A DNA stretch of 41,897 nt from a virus. Under the pieces are notes generated by a model. The model was not told the origin of the DNA, made no database searches, and worked only from the letters and a program-made list of their open reading frames with translations. Positions 34,022 to 40,248 of the stretch are shown here, one piece after another. How positions within the stretch are numbered: position 1 is the first letter of the stretch; each line of letters begins with the position of its first letter. The position numbers were made by a program, and so were the translations under genes. The stretch covers positions 1 through 41,897 of the IMG/VR virus record IMGVR_UViG_3300043640_000065. One strand, 5' to 3'.

Positions 34022-34195
34022 TTAGGCGCCGGTAAAAGGCACTTGCTGAACTTCACGATTAATAAATTCAGGATAAAATAAAGGGATAGCCTGCAACCAG
34101 TCGTAAGATTCTTGCTGATTAAGCGTGACGCTTACGATCTTTCGGTACGCAGTGCAACCGTTTAAGTAATTTTCAATGAGTACGTAGCAAAACAT
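34022..34195 (-). CDS. Small ORF (57 aa), below the ORF-track cutoff
   Basis: ATG preceded by GAGGAGAAGGGG. Hand translation: MFCYVLIENYLNGCTAYRKIVSVTLNQQESYDWLQAIPLFYPEFINREVQQVPFTGA. Confidence 0.5.
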   Translation of the reverse strand: MFCYVLIENYLNGCTAYRKIVSVTLNQQESYDWLQAIPLFYPEFINREVQQVPFTGA

Positions 34196-34211
34196 GTCCC
34201 CTTCTCCTCTG

Positions 34212-34460
34212 TTAAGTTAAGCCCACTGTATCCCTTTCTAAATTATTTTTGGAATAATTAGAAAAGAACCAATCAAAAAAGTCCTGCTTAATGCAAATAA
34301 CCTTTTTCCCTATCTTTACGAATGGTGGCCCTTGGCCTTTTTTCCTCATCCGATAGATCGTTTCTTTGTGAATGCCTAAAATAGAAGCGACGTCCTTGTC
34401 GCTCAACGTTGGATTAGGAAACAGTGTATTGACGTTATCAATAAATGTTTCTTGGATCAT
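34212..34460 (-). CDS. AlpA/excisionase-like helix-turn-helix protein (82 aa)
   Basis: LSDKDVASILGIHKETIYRMRKKGQGPPFVKIGKKV. ATG 34460 preceded by GAAGAGGTAAGG (the track start at 34493 is GTG). Confidence 0.6.
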   Translation of the reverse strand: MIQETFIDNVNTLFPNPTLSDKDVASILGIHKETIYRMRKKGQGPPFVKIGKKVICIKQDFFDWFFSNYSKNNLERDTVGLT

Positions 34461-34476
34461 CCTTACCTCTTCAACT

Positions 34477-34506
34477 ACTTTAACGGTTTTCACGGGTTTT
34501 CGTCAA
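34477..34506 (-). promoter_or_regulatory. Candidate leftward promoter (TTGACG-18-TAAAGT) for the HTH gene and late block
   Basis: Hexamers on the minus strand. Shares the 11-mer ATGTTGACGAA with the promoter region at 36828..36838. Confidence 0.35.
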
Positions 34507-34533
34507 CATTTTTGGTTTAAGTGATCTTTCTTA

Positions 34534-34563
34534 TTGCATATAATAATCAACGTTTGTTAATAT
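34534..34563 (+). promoter_or_regulatory. Sigma70-like promoter P3 (TTGCAT-18-TAATAT)
   Basis: About 34 of 40 positions identical to P1, including the spacer AATAAT-A-CGTTTGT and downstream GACATAA. Confidence 0.55.
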
Positions 34564-34597
34564 TTAGACATAAACAAACATAGACCAAGGAAAAACA

Positions 34598-34804
34598 ATG
34601 AAAGCTCTAATCGAAAAATCTTACGAAATGGGAAAAGAAGCAGTAGGAAAATTCATTTGCGCACCTGCTGCGAATGCTGAATTTATGGGAATTGTCCCAA
34701 ATTGTCCCGTTGGTGACGATAAAGGGTGCAAGTTAAGAATCAAAATGTACAACGCCTATATCAAAGGTTGGACAATCAAAACATTAAGCCAATGTGAGGC
34801 ATAA
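34598..34804 (+). CDS. Hypothetical protein (68 aa)
   Basis: AAGGAAAAA SD. First gene of the rightward cassette. Confidence 0.55.
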   Translation: MKALIEKSYEMGKEAVGKFICAPAANAEFMGIVPNCPVGDDKGCKLRIKMYNAYIKGWTIKTLSQCEA

Positions 34805-34805
34805 A

Positions 34806-35051
34806 ATGACAGAGATTGAAGGAATGGAACTACCGGAGGGCGCTAGCCCTTCACCTTCTCAAGACATAAGAACACTGCTGCATAACGGAAAGATTATGCA
34901 ATATTGCGCAGTCATGCAAAGAAAGCTGAATGCAATCCATATCCTGCGTTCTGACGGGATTATCTCCGATAAAGAGTATTACATACTAAGGCATCGCATT
35001 ATGCGAGCAGCGAACGAAATAGGCCCCTTAAAGATGGAGAATGACCAATGA
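34806..35051 (+). CDS. Hypothetical protein (81 aa)
   Basis: ATG 34806 follows the upstream TAA with a GTGAGG SD; the track start at 34794 is GTG. Confidence 0.5.
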   Translation: MTEIEGMELPEGASPSPSQDIRTLLHNGKIMQYCAVMQRKLNAIHILRSDGIISDKEYYILRHRIMRAANEIGPLKMENDQ

Positions 35052-35389
35052 TCGAAACCATTAGCTATAAAGAAAGACAAGACATAGAACGAATGATTAA
35101 AGAAGGCCATCCCGGAAGCATGATCGCAGCTTTCTTAGGTCGATCACGCAACGGGATCAATACCGAGATAAGAAAGAACGGAGGACGCGAAACCTATAAC
35201 GCTCGCGAAGCTCAAAAAAGATCCGATTCAGTAAGGGAGATTCAGAATAGGGCAGTCAGTGAAAAGCTCAAAGGTAGACCCGATTCTTTCGGTATGCACT
35301 CTAGGATTATCGCCCTAGAGCAAGCTTTAATCTCTCTTAGCCTAGAAGTAGAGAAGCTTAAAAAGAATAGGGTAGTCGTGGAAAAATAG
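35048..35389 (+). CDS. HTH DNA-binding protein (IS30-N-terminal-like HTH) with coiled-coil tail
   Basis: ERQDIERMIKEGHPGSMIAAFLGRSRNGINTEIRKNGG. ATGA coupling. Confidence 0.55.
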   Translation: MIETISYKERQDIERMIKEGHPGSMIAAFLGRSRNGINTEIRKNGGRETYNAREAQKRSDSVREIQNRAVSEKLKGRPDSFGMHSRIIALEQALISLSLEVEKLKKNRVVVEK

Positions 35390-35407
35390 GGTACTGAGTA
35401 CCCTTTT
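35388..35407 (+). terminator. Rho-independent terminator
   Basis: AGGGTAC-tga-GTACCCT followed by TTT, starting within the stop codon of the HTH gene. Confidence 0.7.
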
Positions 35408-35475
35408 CATTAGGGTGGTTTCAGTTGACCTTGCACCTGAATGAATCACAAATAAAAGCATTTCATCATAAAATA

Positions 35476-35502
35476 TTGCTAACCACAACAAAAGGTTAGC
35501 AA
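35476..35502 (+). promoter_or_regulatory. 9-bp stem hairpin covering the SD and first base of the start codon of ORF 35502
   Basis: TTGCTAACC-acaacaaaa-GGTTAGCAA. The right arm contains the AAAGG-proximal SD region and the A of ATG. Confidence 0.5.
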
Positions 35503-35708
35503 TGACAAGATATATTCCACTTCCAAAATGGAATCAATTTCATCAATGGCCACCGATCGGAGGTCTAAGGCATTTAGTCTATGAAAGGGAAAAAAACGGA
35601 TTCGATAAAGTTCTAAAGCGTCCAAGTCGTGTATGGTTAATCGACGAAGACGCTTTTTTTGAATGGCTCAAGGAAAGAGAATTCAAATGGAAAGAAAAGC
35701 CAATGTAA
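35502..35708 (+). CDS. Small excisionase-like DNA-binding protein (68 aa)
   Basis: ..WPPIGGLRHLVYEREKNGFDKVLKRPSRVWLIDEDAFFEWL. Stop TAA lies inside palindrome copy 4. Confidence 0.5.
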   Translation: MTRYIPLPKWNQFHQWPPIGGLRHLVYEREKNGFDKVLKRPSRVWLIDEDAFFEWLKEREFKWKEKPM

Positions 35709-35721
35709 AGCGGTTTTACAT
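35703..35721. repeat. Palindrome copy 4 (ATGTAAA-GCGGT-TTTACAT; inverted relative to copies 1 and 3)
   Basis: Seen directly. Both convergent genes end with ATG-TAA inside its arms. Confidence 0.9.
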
Positions 35722-35955
35722 CTTCCTTTCACACGGGAGGCTTTCAGGCACGAATAAATGAAAGTCTCTCGCCTCTCGATCATTTATGAATACACCGCTA
35801 ACGATCGTTGCGTTTCCTGTAGCGTGATATTCCGGGTTGTCTTGAACTTCTCTTATAGCTTTGGCTACCGCGTCTTGTTGTGACTCTGCTTCCACTTCAA
35901 CAGTGAAAAAGCTTTGAGCTGCGACGTTTACTTTCCATTTTGGATACTTAGGCAT
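35716..35955 (-). CDS. Hypothetical protein (79 aa)
   Basis: AGGGGA SD. Stop lies within palindrome copy 4. Confidence 0.5.
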   Translation of the reverse strand: MPKYPKWKVNVAAQSFFTVEVEAESQQDAVAKAIREVQDNPEYHATGNATIVSGVFINDREARDFHLFVPESLPCERKM

Positions 35956-35962
35956 TGTTCCC

Positions 35963-36061
35963 CTAGTTTGAATTAAACAGCCATCCTATGAGAAGAACAA
36001 GCATAGCAATGATAAAATACCACGCGTTAGGGGGCATTCTACCACTGCTAATACATTCCAT
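35963..36061 (-). CDS. Very small membrane ORF (32 aa)
   Basis: ATG with AAGGTGA SD two nt after the upstream stop. Hydrophobic WYFIIAMLVLLIGWLF. Confidence 0.25.
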   Translation of the reverse strand: MECISSGRMPPNAWYFIIAMLVLLIGWLFNSN

Positions 36062-36063
36062 AA

Positions 36064-36246
36064 TCACCTTACGGTTTCGTCTTCTCGATAATTCGATTCA
36101 AGCCTCTTACGAGCCTGATCGCGTTTATTTTCTGGCGTGTGCTTAGGCGTTTCCATCCGAGGACAATTTTTATCAATGTCCGGCATAGGCTGAATAATTT
36201 CAGACAATACGGCCTCATTAATTTCCTCTAATCGAATTTCACGCAT
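36064..36246 (-). CDS. Hypothetical protein (60 aa)
   Basis: AGAAGGT SD. Charged. Confidence 0.45.
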   Translation of the reverse strand: MREIRLEEINEAVLSEIIQPMPDIDKNCPRMETPKHTPENKRDQARKRLESNYREDETVR

Positions 36247-36281
36247 AAACTAACCTTCTAAAATAAAGTTTTATCTGTCAA

Positions 36282-36749
36282 TCAAAAGGGTGGATTGTCC
36301 CACTCGCTAGGTTGCCCGGTTGGTGGCAAAAAGCTCTGCTGTTGAGGTTGCGCTTGTTGTTGGTAATTCGGGTTAGGTTGCCCTTGATTATGCGACTGTG
36401 GCGCATTGTATTGCGTTTGCGGAGCATATTGCTGAGCTTGAGGCTGCGGAGCAAATACCGAACCTTGCTTTTGAGCTAAAATAGGCTCGACGTTAGCTAA
36501 AATGAATTCCTTCATCTCATCACGATCGAAGCTTGAATCAAGTTGAAACCATTCCTCATAGTTATCTTTCCCGTCACGCTTAACGCCAATCTTTGCAGAG
36601 CCGGCAGCGACCCAATAGCCTGAACCATCGTTCGACTGCATTACCTTGTAACGCAATATGATCTTGCCAAGCCATCGAACAATAGCTATCCCTAAATGCT
36701 TCTCACCTTGTACGGGTACGTACTTGAGAAATTGCTTATCTTGATTCAT
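36282..36749 (-). CDS. Putative ssDNA-binding/replication accessory protein with SSB-like disordered tail and PPF tip
   Basis: About 100-aa N-terminal domain, then a Q/P/N-rich tail ending SEWDNPPF. Downstream of the initiator gene. AAGGA SD. Confidence 0.45.
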   Translation of the reverse strand: MNQDKQFLKYVPVQGEKHLGIAIVRWLGKIILRYKVMQSNDGSGYWVAAGSAKIGVKRDGKDNYEEWFQLDSSFDRDEMKEFILANVEPILAQKQGSVFAPQPQAQQYAPQTQYNAPQSHNQGQPNPNYQQQAQPQQQSFLPPTGQPSEWDNPPF

Positions 36750-36813
36750 CGAGTATCCTTATCTTGTAAATTTTGCTACCATACCGCGCACATGCTCGAT
36801 ATGGTATGCGATC

Positions 36814-36842
36814 ATTATACGTCATCATTCGTCAACATTCAA
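36814..36842 (-). promoter_or_regulatory. Sigma70-like promoter (TTGAAT-17-TATAAT) upstream of 36749
   Basis: Consensus -10 with 17-nt spacing on the minus strand. Overlapping ATGTTGACGAA box. Confidence 0.5.
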
Positions 36843-36867
36843 CAACTTTCGCGGTTTTCGGCAACAT

Positions 36868-37890
36868 TTATGTGCCGAAGTTTCCATGTAAACTCATGTA
36901 AAGTCCGCCTAAGCAATCTCTAAATGACGAAGCATCCATATTGAGGCTAATGTCTTTTGCTGAATTATTCCTATCAATAACATATTTGTCCTTAATTTCT
37001 AAAGTTCCCCATTGAAGTTCTTTTGAAAACTTTCTTGCGTAAGCTGCGTTAAGGTCTGAATTCGTTCCCCTGCAATCGTGTTCGTTATTCAAAAGGTGAC
37101 GATAGAAAGCAATTTTAGACTTTTTGATCTTCAACTTTGGATCTTCAAGCTTGTGAATGAAGTGCGCGTATGTGTCTTCAAGCTTCTTACGTGTGAAAGT
37201 GTGAGCTAAGACGGATAAGACTTCATCATCGATAACGCCTTTCTCATTGGTTAGATCAAGTCCTAGAAGCCATTGAAAAGTTTCCTCTTGAGCTTCAGGT
37301 CGCTTATGTCTTCGACCTCTAACATCAGGGTCTTGTTTTCCTTGCGAAGCTGCCAATGCCTTAGAAGATGAAATTGAAGAAGGCAATGCCTTCATAGCCT
37401 TTGGTTTATTAGGCATTGGTTTATTAGGCATTGGTAGTGGCTGGATTACCGGGCCCGGGTTTACCGGCGACGGATTTTCCCTTTCCGGTTGGGAGGCTTG
37501 TACTGGTAATGCTTTGTGAAATTCCCTTTCTTTCTCAGTTGTTTTCTTTCGGCTCTTAGGTAGCTCCCAAACAGGATTTTTAAATTTTTTCTTGAAGCTC
37601 ACCTTATAGATAAAGTGTCCCCATTCTCCTTTATTTCGAACCTGTGTTCTTGTAATGAATCCTAAATTATAAAGTTCTCTAATCGCACGTGTCATTTTGT
37701 CTTTACCCCATCCAAGAAGGTGAGCAGTAAAACGACCGTAGACTTTCCATGTATCAGAATTTGAGTGAAGGTGAACGAGTAGCCGATAAGCTGCGTCGCT
37801 TATTGTGCTGTCATTGGTGATAGAGTCGAAGACTAAAACATATCCGTCTTTGTAGTCTTCTTCGTCTAACTCGAAATGTGTTTCAGACAT
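36868..37890 (-). CDS. Replication initiator / replisome organiser-like winged-helix protein
   Basis: N-terminal ..AYRLLVHLHSNS..LLGWGKDKMTRAIRELYNLGFITR.. (wHTH). Pro-rich linker with PMPNKPMPNK. Confidence 0.55.
   Translation of the reverse strand: MSETHFELDEEDYKDGYVLVFDSITNDSTISDAAYRLLVHLHSNSDTWKVYGRFTAHLLGWGKDKMTRAIRELYNLGFITRTQVRNKGEWGHFIYKVSFKKKFKNPVWELPKSRKKTTEKEREFHKALPVQASQPERENPSPVNPGPVIQPLPMPNKPMPNKPKAMKALPSSISSSKALAASQGKQDPDVRGRRHKRPEAQEETFQWLLGLDLTNEKGVIDDEVLSVLAHTFTRKKLEDTYAHFIHKLEDPKLKIKKSKIAFYRHLLNNEHDCRGTNSDLNAAYARKFSKELQWGTLEIKDKYVIDRNNSAKDISLNMDASSFRDCLGGLYMSLHGNFGT
37401..37435. repeat. 15-bp tandem repeat x2.3 (TTGGTTTATTAGGCA) inside the initiator gene
   Basis: Seen directly. 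Encodes PMPNK-PMPNK. Confidence 0.9.
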
Positions 37891-37956
37891 AATTTCCTTA
37901 GAAGGTTAAAAGTTTTTTTTTAACCGCTTGGAACTGCCTTAAACTGATTTAGACTC

Positions 37957-37986
37957 TTGCTCGAAATGGTAACATTGAGCTATACT
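37957..37986 (+). promoter_or_regulatory. Plus-strand promoter-like element P4 (TTGCTC-18-TATACT) in the 296-bp non-coding region
   Basis: The -10 and downstream TTAAGCACAT resemble P1-P3. It points opposite to both flanking genes and is followed by no ORF. Confidence 0.4.
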
Positions 37987-38065
37987 TTAAGCACATTACA
38001 TGGTAAAATATGCTTAGTCTTTGAGAGTCTAACCCGGCGTTCATTCCATGCGGTTAGTTCAATCC

Positions 38066-38181
38066 GTTTCACTGGCTGGTAACCGGTGAAACAAATTCGG
38101 CTTTCATTCGAAAGCGTGCTATCAGAATACATCACTTAGGACTATAAGGGAAGTACTTTGACAGCGCGCTTTCATGAAAGC
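38066..38181. promoter_or_regulatory. Cluster of hairpins/palindromes (10-bp stem 38066..38092; GCTTTC-N4-GAAAGC 38100..38115; GCTTTC-AT-GAAAGC 38168..38181)
   Basis: Seen directly. Two sites share the same arms 68 bp apart. A related half-site GCGTTCATTC lies at 38037. Confidence 0.6.
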
Positions 38182-38186
38182 TTGAA

Positions 38187-38471
38187 TTAGTTTTCACAAG
38201 ATTTGAGCCATTCCGTTTCGTTGATTTCCTTAATACATCTTTTGAATGCTTTAGGCGTAATATCTAAATATTCACACACGAATTTTTCGATTGCCTTTTC
38301 GGGAATTTGCTCGACGTCGTAATATTGCTGAGCAGATAAGATAGCCACAATGATTAGCCTAGCCTTTATGCTTAGCCGAGTATCCGTGACTAGTCCATCG
38401 GGTATTTTTACACTACCGTCTTGAAACCTTTCTTTCCCCGGAATATCGGAACCTAAAATTAATTCATTCAT
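38187..38471 (-). CDS. Hypothetical wHTH-like protein (94 aa)
   Basis: ORF with ATG. ..LSIKARLIIVAILS..ITPKAFKRCIKEINETEWL. Confidence 0.45.
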   Translation of the reverse strand: MNELILGSDIPGKERFQDGSVKIPDGLVTDTRLSIKARLIIVAILSAQQYYDVEQIPEKAIEKFVCEYLDITPKAFKRCIKEINETEWLKSCEN

Positions 38472-38515
38472 TTTTTATATACTCTCTTTGAAATTTATTT
38501 TTCTATATGGATTTC

Positions 38516-39016
38516 TCATTTCTTATGCCCCCCGAATAAATCATATAACTCCGGGCATGGATAAGCCTTGATTAGGGCTTCTCTTATCAGGTCGTTAGGC
38601 TGCACAATTCCGCCGGATTGAGTGCTTGCTAATAGAGCTTGCTTCTGAATGTAATCATAGTGCCTCTGCTCTAGAGTAATGCAAAGAGTCTTAGGATTCT
38701 TTATGCGTTTTTTCTTGGTGACTTTACCGGGTGGCCGTTCATCTGTAACGCGAGGGCGCCCCTGCCGGACATACCCCCACTTGCAATTATGCTTACAGAA
38801 ATGAATCTTCTTATCTATGCGAATGAGGGCGTTACAGTTCTCCGGCATCTCACCCATATCTTGAAGAAACGGAATAAAATCTGTCCATAGCAGATCGAAA
38901 GTTATTCCCTTCGCCCCGTGATTCCTGTAACCGGGATAGTTCTTCTGCTGGCAGTTCTGCTTCATCCTCCACCATGCTTGATATTCTCTCGAAGTGCTGT
39001 TCGCGTGCGTCGTCAT
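38516..39016 (-). CDS. DNA-binding protein: N-terminal Y-x2-W-x2-M-x2-(N/R)C type domain + C-terminal ribbon-helix-helix-like module
   Basis: SREYQAWWRMKQNCQ..YRNHGAKGITF..W.DF..FLQDMG, then CITLEQRHYDYIQKQA...NDLIREALIKAYP. Confidence 0.55.
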   Translation of the reverse strand: MTTHANSTSREYQAWWRMKQNCQQKNYPGYRNHGAKGITFDLLWTDFIPFLQDMGEMPENCNALIRIDKKIHFCKHNCKWGYVRQGRPRVTDERPPGKVTKKKRIKNPKTLCITLEQRHYDYIQKQALLASTQSGGIVQPNDLIREALIKAYPCPELYDLFGGHKK

Positions 39017-39464
39017 CTTTTGACCTCAAGTCTGTTCTTACCGGCCAAGCACGGACAAGGGATCGACTAATTTGATCCTCTACCTTCATTCCGTGTCGTT
39101 CCGCTCGGTCTTTTATTATTATGTAATTCTCAATCGGTAGCGTAACTGATACCGTTGCATAGGTAATATTCTTCTGAATAGACGGCATAAGCGTTTGCTC
39201 ATGATTTAAAGGATTCAAAGGGTGATCCTTATTTGCATGTATTCGAGCGTGACAATTCGGACAAACCCACATGACATTAAGGGGATCGCCGTAGTTAGTA
39301 TGGTGTGCCTGCATTGCTTCATGCTGACAGGAACAATTTTCGCAAATGTCCGGGCGAACTAATTCACCAGCTTCAACCGCATAAAATACGGCCAAGCGAG
39401 CAGAGCGCTTAACTCTGTAGTCGTAAAGATCATTCGGATCGATGGTAAAAGTAGTTGTTTTCAT
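38850..39464 (-). CDS. HNH-type zinc-finger protein + ribbon-helix-helix-like module (the last roughly 55 codons overlap the next gene)
   Basis: CENCSC..AHHTNYGDPLNVMWVCPNCHARIH, then VSVTLPIENYIIIKDRAERHGMKVEDQISRSLVRAWP. AAGG SD. Confidence 0.5.
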   Translation of the reverse strand: MKTTTFTIDPNDLYDYRVKRSARLAVFYAVEAGELVRPDICENCSCQHEAMQAHHTNYGDPLNVMWVCPNCHARIHANKDHPLNPLNHEQTLMPSIQKNITYATVSVTLPIENYIIIKDRAERHGMKVEDQISRSLVRAWPVRTDLRSKDDDAREQHFERISSMVEDEAELPAEELSRLQESRGEGNNFRSAMDRFYSVSSRYG

Positions 39465-39531
39465 TTTAAAACCTTAATTAATCCTAATTCATATATTGCA
39501 TAATATAAAAAAACATGTCTGTGGAAGCTGT

Positions 39532-39732
39532 TCACAAACGATGAATTCCTACAGGGTGAGACTCCGGAACGACTAGGCGATCCGTTGCCTCTTCGATCCG
39601 TTTTGCAATTTTCGGATCGATTGGAATATTTCTTTTAACTTTCCAAATGACTTGCCTTGAGCAATCGATTAAAGTAGCGAAAGAGTTGGTTGTCATATTT
39701 TTTTGCCGAAGCCAACATTCTAAATTTACCAT
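39532..39732 (-). CDS. Cro/CI-type HTH regulator (66 aa)
   Basis: ATG 39732 preceded by GGAGACG. ..MTTNSFATLIDCSRQVIWKVKRN.. Divergent from the rightward early genes. Confidence 0.55.
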   Translation of the reverse strand: MVNLECWLRQKNMTTNSFATLIDCSRQVIWKVKRNIPIDPKIAKRIEEATDRLVVPESHPVGIHRL

Positions 39733-39755
39733 GCTTACGTCTCCGTTTTGCATCC

Positions 39756-39784
39756 AGCATAACAGAATAATGAGATAATGTAAA
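39756..39784 (-). promoter_or_regulatory. Leftward promoter of the divergent switch (TTTACA-17-TATGCT)
   Basis: Hexamers on the minus strand. The -35 coincides with an ATGTAAA half-site (39778..39784). Confidence 0.45.
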
Positions 39785-39791
39785 TATGTGA

Positions 39792-39821
39792 TTGCGTTTT
39801 AATCTGATTATTCGGTATAGT
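39792..39821 (+). promoter_or_regulatory. Rightward promoter of the divergent switch (TTGCGT-18-TATAGT)
   Basis: Hexamers upstream of the AGGAGG SD and ATG at 39841. Confidence 0.5.
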
Positions 39822-39840
39822 GTTGAGCAGGAGGCGTAGA

Positions 39841-40083
39841 ATGATATACGATGTTCGATTAAGAGAAATCCTGATACACGAGTTTCAGGTTGAAAACGAA
39901 GATTTGAAGGGTGCTTTTCTCACTGCAATGAAAAAAGCACATAGCAAGAAATTCAAGTCAACGCCTATACGAAGATATTTTGAATTAGAATCACTTAACC
40001 AAGGAAAAACCGATGAGTTTACCCCTGCTTCAAAGTCCAGTAAGAGAACCGATCGAATTTATGCAAAGAGAAAGGATCGTTAG
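39841..40083 (+). CDS. Hypothetical protein (80 aa)
   Basis: ATG 39841 with AGGAGG SD; the track start at 39820 is GTG. Confidence 0.5.
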   Translation: MIYDVRLREILIHEFQVENEDLKGAFLTAMKKAHSKKFKSTPIRRYFELESLNQGKTDEFTPASKSSKRTDRIYAKRKDR

Positions 40084-40222
40084 ACTCGATCAATACTATA
40101 GTCGGCCAATGCCTGAGAAACGAGGGCCGGTTAAAGTAGAGTTCAAAAAGATGATGTACGCGATGCCTTTTCTATGGTTGTCCGGAGTTTTTACAGGAAT
40201 TGGCATAATGTTAATGGCCTAA
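40013..40222 (+). CDS. Small tail-anchored membrane protein (69 aa)
   Basis: AAGGAAAAA SD. C-terminal TM segment MPFLWLSGVFTGIGIMLMA. 71-nt overlap with the previous ORF. Confidence 0.45.
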   Translation: MSLPLLQSPVREPIEFMQRERIVRLDQYYSRPMPEKRGPVKVEFKKMMYAMPFLWLSGVFTGIGIMLMA

Positions 40223-40248
40223 GACTATAAAAACAAGGAGATTCCTAG

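Noticed and set aside
38040-38100. tRNA-like T-loop sequence (GGTTAGTTCAATCC) in the non-coding region.
   Set aside because: I could not fold a cloverleaf on either strand: no acceptor stem, D-arm or anticodon arm with correct spacing.
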